A stretch of 64,000 bases of DNA, from assembly GCA_950097015.1 (NCBI GenBank), contig CATNEN010000002.1, forward strand, positions 3,720,001 to 3,784,000, given 5' to 3'. Positions 37,251 through 49,687 of this stretch are shown here, piece after piece (the first letter of the stretch is position 1; every line of letters starts with the position of its first letter). This DNA is from Macrostomum hystrix (Eukaryota; Animalia; Platyhelminthes). Made by a program: the position numbers and the translations under genes. The notes beneath the pieces are model-generated. The model was not told where the DNA came from and did not search any database. It was given only the letters and a program-made list of their open reading frames with translations.

Positions 37251-38844
37251 TATCTAAATATAGGCTATGAATCATATATAGGTTTCTTGACCAAAAAATT
37301 TCTGATGGACATTTCTTTTTTAAACAAAAATTAAAATTGAGTCCCAAACTCTGAGGCAAAGACCAAAGAGTTTATGTCAGTTGTCAGACTGATGCATAAC
37401 TTGGCTTAAAAATATGCAGGAAATTTTGTTGTTAGGGCCTAAGGATTCACAATTGTAGAAATTTAGCAAAAAGTATGCAAAAAGTTAAAAAGCAGTCAAA
37501 GCACACTTTGAATGAGAAAACTTGAAAATTTAGTATACTAATTTGTGTCTGAGGTGTCAATTTGTAGCTGAAACATGAGTCAAAATTTGTATAAAATGTA
37601 AACTGTCAGATAGATAAAGTATAAGGGCACAGCACCAAATGTTTACTGTCAATTGTATGATAAAAGCTAAGCAAATAATCAAAGAAAGCAAACCTTAAAT
37701 GAGAATATCAGAAAAAGTGCTTGAGTAATTTTTGTGTCTGATAAGTTGATTTTTAGCACAAACACGTGATGCATTAAGCAGTTTTAGCAACAATATCTTG
37801 GCAAAATACTTATCCTGCCTAATGCTGGGACTGAAAATACTCTCTTAAGAAGCATCCCAAAACCCATCAAAGTTTCTAAAGAGGCAAATCCTTGACAAAA
37901 AATTGTTCCACGTGTATTTTTAAGCTGAGTTTGGCATCAGAGTCTCACAAACTCTTTGCCCGAGAGTTTGTGGTTTCTGCTTTAATTCTTTTAAAGAGGA
38001 AAATATATGTTGAAAAATGTCTGTCAGGGAACCCATATATATGTGAACATCACATCATCACATCAAATTACCCACATCAAGACAATGAATTATGACAAAC
38101 GACAGCAACAAAGTTATTTATTATTCTTGCAATGAAGCTTATGTTTTGCTTATTTCTACATAGAACATAGATAATTATTGTTTATAAAATTTGGTAAAAT
38201 CTGACTATTATTATTTATTTTCATAAAAAATATGATCAAACCTGTACCAACTACTTTACATAGACATTTTAGAGACATTAAACAACCAATAAGGTTAAGA
38301 AAAACATAGATTAGGTGAAAATTCTTGCTCAAACAAGCTTAACACACAACACAACAGATAAAAGAATCAGGCCATACAGAAAAGACAGGAAACTTGAAAC
38401 CGTAGTAGAAATCTTCACATGACTAAATCTTTTCAGCTTATTTTAAAAAGCTGAGGAATGAAGAATAGGGTAGTTAATAACTTGGTAAAAACGTTCGTAG
38501 AAAAGTCACATTTCCAAGACATCCTAAAGTTTGAATACGTGCAAAACGTCTTTACGCGTGAGGTGATTTTTTTATCAATTCTGAACAATATGTGAAAGTT
38601 CGATTGCCTGAGCTTTTAGTCCATCAAATTCGAAATGAGTGAGATATAAAGAAAAAAATAAACTAGAACAAAATTAGGTATTAACATCATATCACGAAAA
38701 CAGCAGAAATCTCAATCTTCAGCTTCAACCCCTTCAAAGACGTCAACAAGGCAATAGTTTTTCTGTTGTGAAAAGGACAAGTCCGTTGTCAAGTGCGCGA
38801 GTCGCGCGGAAAGTTTAGTCGTGGCCAATAAGGGGAAGGTCTTG

Positions 38845-38942
38845 TTTATTTATACGCCGAGAGAAAGTTCTAGAAAGTTCTAGAAAGGTGACGAAAGTTC
38901 TAGAAAAAAGTAAACTTTAAGTCGTGCCCGAACTTTCTAGAA
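38845..38942 (-). promoter_or_regulatory. Heat-shock element array plus TATA box facing KLHL8
   Basis: GAAagTTCtaGAAagTTCtaGAA (38863-38885), GAAagTTCtaGAA (38893-38905, in register) and GAActTTCtaGAA (38930-38942). Minus-strand TATAAATAAA at 38854-38845. Confidence 0.7.
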
Positions 38943-39123
38943 TCCTATGCTTCGTGCGCTGTTTCAATACACAACAACAATTAACACAAAACCATAATCC
39001 AATTTAATCGAGTTTAAAAAACCTCACATTTGCACGCACTACAACACGTCAGCACACCCTAGCTGCTGCACGCATATGCGATCTCTAATACTCTTTACTC
39101 CTCCTACTCGTAAAAAGTATTTT

Positions 39124-39947
39124 TCAGCCACGAATGAATAACACCCCAGTGCTGGGGCTGCTCAGCGCGGTCGGCACCACAGCGTACTCCCGCAGGTAGC
39201 AGAGTCCCAGCTGCCGATTGAACACCACGTACAGCCTGGCAGCCAGAGCCGCACTTGTAGACGCACTCCGTCAGCAGAAGGGTGGCGCCGACAGTTCGGA
39301 AGGCTGGCGCGTCAGGTTTGCTGATGCCAACGAATGTGCGATTGCCCAGGACGAACTGACTGTCCTCTGGAGAGCGGATGATCGGTTGGCATTGACTTTA
39401 AAGGTCAGTTTAAACAGAATGAAATTCAGGCTGCCGCAGCTAGAGCTTACTGAAGGTGTAGGTCAGTCGCACAACGTAGTTCCGTTCTCCTCCGCCACAG
39501 TTTTGCTATGAATTTCCAGGGCAGGCGCGTGAGCAGTCGCCAGCGGGTGCGGCGCCCTGAGTGCCGTAAGTGTTGCCGCAGCTGCACTCGTTTCCGGCCT
39601 GCAGTCCGATGTACTCAAAGCCGCCCAGGGCGCAGATGTCGCCGCAGAACCTATGAGTCAACTGGCTGTAAGTAAGCAGCGGTGCCTTGACTCAGTCCGC
39701 TGACGCTGCCGAGCCTCGTGAAGCCGAAGTCCGCCAGTCTGCCGAGGTCCCTAACGGTGTTCACGTAGTCTCTGAAGCAGCCGAGGCCAGTCATTGGTAT
39801 TGGCGACCGAAGACGACGGTGAAGGCGCAAATGAGGACTAGGGATGGAAGCAGCGCGGTCATCGTTATAGCGGCCTGCTTTTACTGCTGCTCTTCCAAGC
39901 AAAACGCAAAAAGCGATGCTATAGAACAATTCAAAGCTCTTATCCAC
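39124..39947 (-). pseudogene. Disabled secreted WSC-domain + PAN/apple-like gene
   Basis: LGCFRD...RDL, then a frameshift into SQLTHRFCGDICALGGFEYIGLQAGNECSCGNTYG...DCSRACPGNS*QNCGGG (WSC Cys pattern; TAG at 39508-39506). An in-frame 84-nt GT-AG intron (39450-39367) follows, then ECVYKCGSGCQA / VVFNRQLGLCYL (PAN-like, second frameshift). Hydrophobic N-terminus. Confidence 0.75.
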
Positions 39948-40954
39948 TGCTTGGTTGGCTTAGTGGAGAGGAAAAGAGAGAGACAAATGATAGAGACGAG
40001 AGGAACACATTCTGTTGATATGCAGTTATGAACCTCCTACTAGTTTCTCCTATAGTTGTAGCCTTAAAGGCTGCATTTTAACTGTGAAAGTGCGGTTTGT
40101 GCCATTTTTTCCTTGCAACCCCATATCATTGTGCTGCGTGGGCAGGCAGCGCTTGCTATTGTCCTCAATAAATTTTTAGCCTGCCTAATCCTAATAAATA
40201 CAGTGGACAAATATGGTAAAATTCAAAGCTTCAAGGACAGCAGCACAGTTGCTTATAGATACTGTTAGGTACAAACAAGGACTTTTAGACTATAGAGTGC
40301 TAACGAAGTGCTTACAAAGTGGTAACGAAGTGCTTCTACCTTAGTAGTTATCCTTGCGTAGTTATCCCTGGGTTCGACTCCCGACCTAGTCTAGAACTAT
40401 TCGTGCAGCCTTTGGCAAGCTGCTTTGCCCTGATGTGCACACAGTCTACTCAGCTGCAAATGAGTACTGACATTTCGTGGGGTAGTAAATAATTCCGGCT
40501 GGCGTGGAATAAAGCAGTTCTGTGCGGCAATTCTGTGGGGTTTGGATGCTGCCGATATGTTTGGAAAAATAAATTCCATTGCTGACACGCGGCTGTCAAC
40601 CGGTGTCCGAGAGAGCCGGGGAGTACAATAGGTGTGCAGTCCCCACCTGCTAGTGTGCCTGACACACAACACCTGCGCTGGCCCTTGGGTCTAGTGTCAA
40701 TTATTATTATATTATTATTTGCTTACGAAAAGGAGCATTTTTAGGATGTGTTTTTACCGAGTCCAAAGAATTCCAATCGAGCTTAATTAAGCTCTTATTC
40801 AATGGCTGAATTTTCCGCGGATTTTCCATGTGTTTTCCATGACAACGTACGTCCAATATGTACTTTAAAAACCCATAAGAGTATATTTAACCTGGCACAT
40901 AGAAATCATTGAGTTTTAAATGGAATAGTTTTAAGAATCAAATGCGCTTTTTAA

Positions 40955-41165
40955 AGCCGTGTACTACTGTTCAGTCCGTGGACTGGGAGGCCTTCACAAA
41001 AACTGAAATTTCTTGCCCAACAAAAGCTGGTGTTACCCCATGCTTCTCAGCTGGGTGAACTGAAACAGTGTGGAATTAAATTTCTGCTGCTGTATGACAC
41101 AAATAGTCCCCATTGTGCTCAGAATCGAACTCCGGATCTTTCAGTCAGAGTTAACAAAGTTCTAA
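40955..41165 (-). mobile_element. CORE-type SINE family 2, degenerate copy
   Basis: CTGTTCAGTCCGTGGACTGGG...CAGCTGGGTGAACTGAAAC...GAATCGAACTCC. Confidence 0.7.
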
Positions 41166-41439
41166 CCGTTGAAGGCTTCAAGCAACCTCGAATTCGCGCT
41201 ACATAAACTAAAAAAGCAAGCTCTTGATCAAACAAAGATTTATTTTTAACAGAAATTATATTCGTACGCGTTTTATACTATAAGTAAAGAAGTTAAAAAG
41301 GTACACTTTTTATCTTTGTGCACAAGCAAATCTATGGTGCATGTGTGTGTCTATTGTAAAATGAAATTCGTATTTAAAATGAACATACTGCAATCATTTT
41401 ATCAGTAGTCAAGATTTTAAGAGCACACATGCTACAGTG

Positions 41440-41560
41440 GGGTTGCAGCCTTCTGGTAAAAAGCGTCGGACTGACAACTTGGAGGTCAAGGGTTCGATTC
41501 TCGACTTTACTGGAACAGCTTGAACCCTTTAGCAATACAATACTTTAGCCGGACTTAATA
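41440..41560 (+). mobile_element. SINE family 2 head fragment
   Basis: GTTGCAGCCTTCTGGTAAAAAGCGTCGGACT...GGTCAAGGGTTCGATTCTCG followed by CCCTTTAGCAA.ACA. Confidence 0.6.
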
Positions 41561-41659
41561 CTTAATTCTTCTGCTCAAATTATTTTTTTAATCATGCAAA
41601 AGTTTGAATAAGTTCACATCTGTTTATAATAGTAAAAATGTTCAAAAAAGGTTTTAAAA

Positions 41660-41730
41660 AATTGTACTCCGTCTGTACTCCGTCTATTTGTACTCCGTCC
41701 ATTTGTACTCCGTCCATTTGTACTCCGTCG
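41660..41730. repeat. Short tandem repeat (~12-15-nt unit) just downstream of the paralog A stop
   Basis: TGTACTCCGTC x5, the later copies as TTTGTACTCCGTCCA. Confidence 0.85.
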
Positions 41731-41765
41731 AAGTTTCCAATACCATTGTTAGATAATTTCCCAGC

Positions 41766-44700
41766 TTAATGGTCAAAATGAACGGATTTGCGGGGAGGAA
41801 TCGGTGGCCCGGCGCCTTCTCTATTTGAAGCCATGGTGCGCCGGCTAGACCACCGCTCATAGATGGCTACACGCTCTTTGCTAGAGAAGTAGAAACACTC
41901 ATCTGACGACCTGTATATTCTTTCTTTCACCCAGCGAATTCGTTCCTCATCTTTGTTCTCCATGGCAGTTCGTCGATCAAGCGCGATCGCATTCATCTGC
42001 TGCAGGCAAAATTCATGATGTTCGCGGTCCCAGCTGTAGTGAGCCAGCGTGTGCAGCTCCTCCAAGTCCGGGTCCTCGTGCAGCTCTTTGAACCATTGTT
42101 CTGTAGCTTCTGCTAGATTTGCATTGCGGAGCCGCTCGGCCTGGAGACTCCAGCTCAGGCAGCGGAAGTTCACATACAGGTGAGAGGACCGAGGCTTCAA
42201 TAATCTTGGCGTAAACAGGCACTGCGTGAATTCAGGAAGAAATGGCAGCTGAGGCGGAGTGTCGCATGGCAGGCAGAACCTCCACGCCCAGTTCGAGTCT
42301 GTGTCCTCATATCTCTCGATCTCAGATATCTTCCAGCTTCTCTTTACTTGTGGAACCGGTCGATTCATTAGCATCGATAGAAGCCCATCAGCTTTGTCAA
42401 AGTCTCCAAATTTTATGTGAGCAATTGCCAGCAAACAGTCGGCCGCGTACGTGCACCATGGCAACTTTTTCAGCAAATTAAGCTTATCAAATAAGCTTTC
42501 TTTGTCGACCACTTTGGACTGTAGTTCAATGACACACACGTGAGTTATGATGGTGTACGCAGAGTAGTACTTCCTTGAATAGAATGAGTCCTGATCTAAG
42601 CTTAGATTAGTAGCAGAAAATGGTACCAGCGGCAGCATGCAGAATAGGTGAAAGTAAAAACCATGGGATGGCAGCGGTTTGAAATTTTCCATAGCTAGAT
42701 CAACTAGGTTTCTTGTATTAGTCCTCAAAAGCCGAATTCCGTCTCTAACTTTGGATTTTGTGAGCTTGTACTCATCACCGGCTCCAGCGTTCTTGAAGTA
42801 GAGCGGCGCATCGTCCATGAAAAAGTGCGGCATGCACTCATCGGGTGAGCGTCTTGAGTCCATAAAGTTAAGCATCATTCCGAGGGACTCCTTCAGCCTT
42901 TCGATCAGGTTCTGCGGCTGCCACGCTGCCTCAGCATCGCGCGAGTGCCTCTCTAGCATGAAGAAGAGCAGAGTCTTTGCGTGGTAGGTCTTGAGCCCTG
43001 GTGCGTCTAAATACCGTGGCAGGTAAATTTTGAAAACGAACTTGATCAGCGTAAACAGTTGACCCTGAACTGTACCCAGATTCATCATGATTTCTTTCTC
43101 GTGAAAGCTAAAACTCACTCTCAGTTCGTTAGGGAAATTTGGCCTTGTCGCTCTCACCAAATGAACTTTAATAGTACACCTCGGTAAAAGCTTCTTCACT
43201 CTGTCCTCACAGAGTCCACTGCAGCACTGGATGGCATGGCAGGTGTCCTGAGCAGGTAACAGTCCGCTGGCATCGGCGCGCACTGCAGGCTGGCTGCCTA
43301 AATTACCGTGGTTACAATGTTTTTGCTTTGATTAACGTCCACAATCTGTGTAACACAGTGAAGTTGGGGGTCGGTGGCAGAGTGGCCAACGCGTTTGCCT
43401 CTCACACCAAGGTGCCTGAGCTCGATTCCACGGCGAGGCCACATTCCTTTGGGGCGCAGCCGCGGAGAGAAGGCTTGGGGGCTTGTCGTGCAATTTACGC
43501 CATTGAGGGCCAACCTCCAAGGCACAGTGAAAGGTACACTGCCTGACGATGAGAAAGTCAGGGCAGATGTACACACCCAGTGTGCGTGTGTACTCAGGAG
43601 TCGGCGAAATGGGCAGATTTGTCTCCTCACTGGCTGCGGATATCGTGTTACCAAATGATGTGCGAATTACAGTGAAGTTATGAAAGGCCGATGAGAAATA
43701 TCTTAAATTTTGCACCTTCCCTTTCAGTTTGTTAAAGCATTTAACTCCGTATTTCTTGCCATAAGTATTTAGTACTTTACCTGCACTATGTACATGTACT
43801 AGTGCTAGCGTGTGCTTTGCGCCAACATGCCCGCGCACCGCTTACCTGATCCCACACTGAACTGCGCGTGGCCTTGTATCACCTTGAGCACGGAGTAATT
43901 GTCGCAGTCGCCAGACCGCCTGCAGCCACCCTCCAAATGAACTTTTGGCCCGTCGAGCAGGATAGTGAAGTCGATATCAGAGTCTGTTGAAACCCTTCCG
44001 TTCACTTGCTCCATATTGTTGGCCCAGCCCTCAGCGTAGCTGCCTGTTATACGACGTCCGTCCTGCAGGACGTCCTGCGCAGCCTGTTCAAGAATATTGG
44101 CCATTCGCTGCAGGCTTTGCGCTCGTGCTTTGGTGAATCCCGAGTTAAGCAGCACCTCGTACAGGTCCCTGCTGATCTGCCGGTCGAGTCTCAAAATCCC
44201 TCTAAATTTAAGTTGATTAATTTTAGGTTTTGTTATAGCCGAAATACTAGAAAAGAAATCTTAGTCAAGAATAGGCCACATGGTTTCTAGCTTACATGTC
44301 AGCAGGATAATCAGCGTTAGCGCTAGCAAAGCTTTCAGCGAATTGCGAGTAGCTGAAAAAGTTGCACGAGTTTCTTAAGTTCATTTTGATCGAATCCCGG
44401 ATATTAGAAAAGCAATGATTTTGCTTCGAACTGAGCATAGTCACCTGTCGACGTCGTGCTGCTGCTGACTCAGTTGTTGATGTTTCTCTAGCAGCTGCTT
44501 GCAGGTGAGTCCTCTCTTGTCTAAGTGGTCTTGATTCGCACCTCTGTTTTTCAGCGCCTCGGCTGTTCTGACGTGACCAGCTTCGGACGCTCTTGACAGT
44601 GCGGTCCGCCCTTCGAAGTCTGCTAGATGCACCGACGCGCCGGCGTTGATGAGCGGCTCAATGAGCTCGTGATGATCCGAATCAGCTGCCAGCATGAGAG

Positions 44701-47700
44701 CAGTGGCTCCTGTGCAGTCAGGCAAGTCGACATATGCCTGACTGCAGTCGATCAAGAAAAGTGCCAATGCGACATGACCGTGAGTTATGCAGAGGCAGAG
44801 CAGCTGAGTGATCTGAGCTGGCTGCATCTGAGATACTGTCGCAAGAAGGATGGATGTGTCTTTCGAAAGGACCAGATACGAGAGTAGGCTTAGAAGGGAG
44901 GAATTTCGAGAGAGCCAATGAGGTGGCACCACAGATTCGACTGAAGACGAATCAGCGTGTGCGGCTTCGTTCATATCAGTAAAGTAAAGTGGCTTCACCG
45001 CGGCCAGAAACGAACCAAGAGACGTTTTTTGCATCTTTCTCGCGCAGTTTACGGCTATGCCAAAGCAGAACTCGTCTCGACAGCGTTGATCACTAACTTT
45101 TCGAATGAAGAAAGTCACTTCCTCCCATTTCTTCTGTTGCGCTGCGGACGCTGCGATTCTCACGAGGCTTTGGTCGCTAAGGACGTTGTCAGCCTCAATA
45201 AAACTCTGCAATAGAGACCTCGACGTGGAAAAACGGCCATTCCTTGCAGATGCTTCAATCGCTCTAATGTAGCAAATCTCCTTAAGTTTAGCATGCGAAA
45301 TATTTTCAGCAAAAAAATTGGCGATCTCTGTCGAACCGGCCACCGAGGCAGACTCCGCAATTTTCATGCAGCAGTGGTCCTTCAGATTTCCTTCGTTGAT
45401 TAGAGGCAGCAGATATCTAGCGATTCGCCAGTTTTCAGCTTTGGCTGCAAAATCAATAGCCGTTATGCAGTAATAGTCCCGCTGCTCCAATTCCGACATT
45501 ATGCTGATTGCGTCCTTCAGAAACTCCCATTCTTTGGCCTGAACGGCTTGTTCGATGACCTTAATGCAACACTGTTCTCTGATATTCGATCTGCTAATGG
45601 TTTTGAGAAAAAATGTTAATTGCTCCAGTTGGCAATTTTCGACAGTGGACTCTGCGGCCTTCTTGCAGTACTCATCTCTACACTGATCGGAGAGACTATG
45701 TACGAAGAAGGCCAAGCAGTTCCAGTCGCCAAGTTTGATAGCATGATCCGCGGCTCTGGTGCAGGAGGCATTTTTTAGTTTGGGATCCGAAATCAATTGA
45801 ACCACGAATTTCAATACGTTCATGTTGCCAAGAACTATTGCACGATCCAACACTGCTAGGCAGCACTTGTCTCTTTGAGTTTGATTATCTATGGCAGGTA
45901 AGAAAAACCGGAGCAATTCAAAGTTAGAATTTCTTGCAGCGGATTCTGCACCCTTGATGCAGTATTGATTTCTGCTAGTTGCGTCGGTGTATTCCTGAAG
46001 AGCGTCACCTAAAGCTTCAAAGTTGTAGTCGTTTGCTGCAAGGTCGGCTGCACGTTCGCAGCACGCTTGTCGGATGCCATCTTGTGAAATCTGTTTTAGG
46101 AGTAGCATCGCTAATGTCCAATTCTTTTTTTGCATAGCATTTTCTAAAGCTTTCTGGCAGTATCGATCTTTCGCAAATTGATCCGATATCAGTTGTAGGA
46201 GATCTTTCAAGATGCCGAAGTGACCCTGAATTATTGCAGATTCTGCTGCTTTAACCAAGCAGTCATCTCTAAGTTTTGGGTCAGATACTGTGGTTTGTAA
46301 TAAGTGCATAAAGAAATCCATGTTCTTGATTGCGAGACTATTATCGGCAGCTTGAGCGCAGAACTCGTATTTTAATGTTGCGCAACGAATGGCCTTGGCG
46401 AACTCGAGCGTCCAGTACCAGTCGGCCTCCATTGCCGCAAGTTCTGCAGCCTTCTTATGCAGCTTGTCGCTGATATCTGCGTTGGATATTCTTAATATAC
46501 AACCGACTACCTCCCATCGCTTTTCGTTGGCTAAATAATTAACTGCTTCTGTACAGTAGCTGTTCTTTCTCTTCCTGTCGTTAACTTTTAGCAAAAAAAA
46601 TTCAAGTAATGGCAAATTGCTCGCCCCTCTAGCAGAATCTGCCGCGATTAACAGACACTTGTCCTTCAGATGAGGATCCGAGATATTTTGCACCAGAACA
46701 TCAACAACATCCAAATTTCGCTTAACAATCGTCGGCTTAAAAAATGATTCACAAAATGCGTCTCTGTAATGTTTGTCTGATATTTCCCGTAGAAAGATAT
46801 TCAGAAAATGTGCTTCGCCACATTGGACTGCATCGTTTGCCGCTGTCATGCAGCACTGACTCCGAAGTTTCCTATCGCCGATCTCCAGAATGAGTTGATG
46901 TGCAACATCCCAGCTCCTCTTCTCAACAGCCTTTCCCGCAGCCATGGTAAAGCACTGATCCTTCAGAGAGTCATTGTGGAAGAATCCCTCAAGTACCTTG
47001 ACAACTTCCCACTCTTGCTTCCCAGCTGCTGAATCTGCAACTGCCAGGCAGCACTGATCGATGAGACTTGGATCAACACAGTCTAAGAGAACTCTTACCA
47101 CCTCTTGATTTCCGCTGGCGGCTGCATAGTTCGCGCGAGTCATGCAGTACTCCTGCCTTCTGTTGGCATCGCGAACTTGTTGAATTAAGGATCTTAATAG
47201 ATTCAAATGGCCACCGTTCATAGCAGATTCAGCGGCCTCGAAACGGTAATCATCTCTTAACTTATCGTCCGAAATGTTTCGTAAAAGGAAATTTACGGTT
47301 TCCGAGTTGCCGTTTAATGCAGCCATCTCAGCAGCCCTGTGACAGAGATCTTCTCTCTCCTTCTTATCAAACACGTTTTTTAGCAAAATGGTCATCAGCT
47401 CAACATGGTCATCTCTCGCCGCCAAGGACTCAGCTGCTCTTACGCAAAGTTTTTGTCGCGAACTTAGGTCGGGGATGTTTTCGATGGAATTTCTAGCTAA
47501 GTCCAGCTGATTATTAATCACAGCGGAATCGGCAGCCTTCATGCACTGCTCGGTCTTTAGATGTGGGTCATCGATTGCTTCTAAAAGTTTCTCGACTCCT
47601 TTCCAACGCTTTCGTGAGATTTCAATGTCGATGAAGGTAGCAAGGCAGTTATTTCTTAGCTTTTTTTCCTCAACTTTCTTTGAAAACGATATCGCCGCTT

Positions 47701-48169
47701 CATACTCACCCAATAAGAAAGCAGATTCAGCTGCCTTCTCGTAGCAGCGATCTCTCTTTCGCTGGTGAGGAAACATTGGTACTATCACCTCGACAATGGC
47801 CCACTGCTTATTGGACATTGCTGTGTCAACAATTCTTGAGCAGCATTCATCTCTGCAATTCGGCTCCGTGATTTTATTTATAAGAAACAAGTTAATGTCG
47901 AGGCGGCCCTCTTTCGCTGCTGTTTCAGCTGCCTCGAGACAGCACTGATTTCTGAGTGTCTCATCCTCAATGCCATTCACTAGAAAGTGAGCGACCTCCA
48001 CATGACCCTGCGATGTGGCGAGCTTAACAGTGTCTTTGCACACCTGATCTCTGACTGGCTGGGGCAGCGACTCCACAAGTCTTCTCATGTGACTCACCTC
48101 GTTGTTGATTGCGTGATACCTGATCCGTCTGATCGTCCTAAGGCTCTCCTTTGAAATTGAGTTGCCCAT
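41766..48169 (-). CDS. Paralog A: myristoylation motif + ankyrin-like repeat array + cGAS/Mab-21-like nucleotidyltransferase (cGLR) fusion, ~1870 aa
   Basis: Exons 48169-44445, 44201-43846, 43297-41766 (5613 nt; phase 2 AG|GTGACT...TTTAG|A, phase 1 G|GTAAGC...TTTAG|GC). MGNSISK start; ~31 33-aa repeats; canonical ANK TGATALMLAA/GRTALSRA; NTase TGSYAEG...DSDIDF...QDTCHAIQC; Mab-21 C-lobe HLV...LRVSFSFHEK...IK...GLKTYHAKTLLF...CMPHFF. Confidence 0.88.
43372..43665 (+). mobile_element. SINE family 1, full-length copy in intron 2 of cGLR paralog A
   Basis: GGTGGCAGAGTGGCCAACGCG...GAGCTCGATTCC head, family body, hairpin and CCAAATGATGTGC tail. Paralog B intron 2 (104 nt) has no such insert. Confidence 0.88.
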
Positions 48170-49039
48170 CGCAAAAATCTACTTGACGATAGAACCTGCG
48201 GCGGGAACCGCAGATTTCTTAATCGGAAGACTGTGTACTTTTGCGTTTTAACTACGAGCGACGTGAAAAAATTGTCTTTGAAAACTATTAGGAATCGTGC
48301 AGGGCTATGCAATGCATTTATATTATCACATAATCAAGGATGCGGGTGCGTAGAATATAATATATTTTAGTAATAATTGGCATTGCTAGTTAGTTTCTAG
48401 AGAGAGAGAGAGAGAGTACAGTTAAGAATAGTGGAAGATAGAGAACAGAAAATAGCAAAATAAAATGCTTTTTTCATCTACTTTGCATAATAGAACGCTG
48501 GTTAAATTTAAAAATAACTTTTTTAACAATCGTAGACGTCACTTGGTGCTCGAATTAAGGTTGGGAATGTTTGCGATGAAATTTCTAGCTTATTAAAACT
48601 TTTGAATGGCGTCCCTTGGCCTTGCTATCTCCTAATTTTTTAACTTGCATTACTTTCTTGTTTGCATGCATGTTGCACCTTTTGCAGTCGACTAAACGAA
48701 TACATAAAAGTTATAAATAAAACTAGAGACCGTTAATATATTAAAAACAAATTTAGTGAGTATATTTTTTACTTGGCTAGATTGTTATTATGTTTCATTA
48801 AATAATATGATTAATAATAATAATAAATAATAACCAACGGCTCCTAACTACACTTTTCGACCAATTATTGACTTCACTAAAATAATATCAAGATCTACGT
48901 AAAAAAATATTCGTTAATTATTGCAGGACTAAAATGTATTGCCTGGTAGTTACAAATTTTGAAAAAAAACAAAGGGAGGAGAGAAACGAAGCGCGAACAG
49001 AATTGCAAGAAAGAGAATAAAAAACAACTGTGGCACATA

Positions 49040-49275
49040 GGATTACATCTTGAGTCTCGCACTGCAAGGTCGCTAAAGCTTGATTCCGAGGCCTGGCCCC
49101 ATTAATTTCGCGGACTCAGCCGCGAATAGAAGGCTCTCGTTGTGAAGAGGGGGGCAATTGTTGTACAATTTAGCAACTAAGGGCCCACACCGAGGCACAG
49201 TGAGAGTATGTAGACTGTTTGACAGTGAAAAATCCTGGGCTGATGTACACCAGAGCTGTGTGAGTGTGTGTTCAA
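49040..49275 (+). mobile_element. SINE family 1, degenerate copy between the two cGLR genes
   Basis: GATTCCGAGG...CAGCCGCG...TTGTACAATTTA...GAGGCACAGTGA...GGGCTGATGTACACC...TGTGTGAGTGTGTG is colinear with the family. Confidence 0.55.
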
Positions 49276-49687
49276 CGAACCTTTTAAATACGTCAGTGCC
49301 GAAACTCGGCGTAGAGTTGGTGGCAGGAATTCGCATTGTGTGAGACACGCTATAGAACATCTTATAGGCTGCGTTCTTTCATGTCGCATACTTTTTTGAG
49401 GCTATTTAGTAGCCAGCACAGAGCAATGAAAAGGGCACGGCTATTCATTGTAGGTATTAATATGTTCGCGTATGAGAAGCTTCAAAATTTTCAAAAAACT
49501 TGCTCATTTTTTCTGCTATGCAGCAGCTCACCGCGCTAAAGAACAATAACCTACTGCATGATGATGCACGCTTGTGTTGCTTAAAAAAGAAATCGACACG
49601 AGCAGAGAAAACTGTGATAGAACAAACGTTTGATGTGAAATCAAGTCTTTTTTTAAGTATACTCTTCTCTGTCCTCGAAAACTGCCA

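Noticed and set aside
43805-44194. Stand-alone small NTase ORFs (also 52526-52939) and stand-alone ankyrin genes
   Set aside because: They splice in frame with the flanking ORFs in both paralogs, so they are treated as exons of fusion genes.
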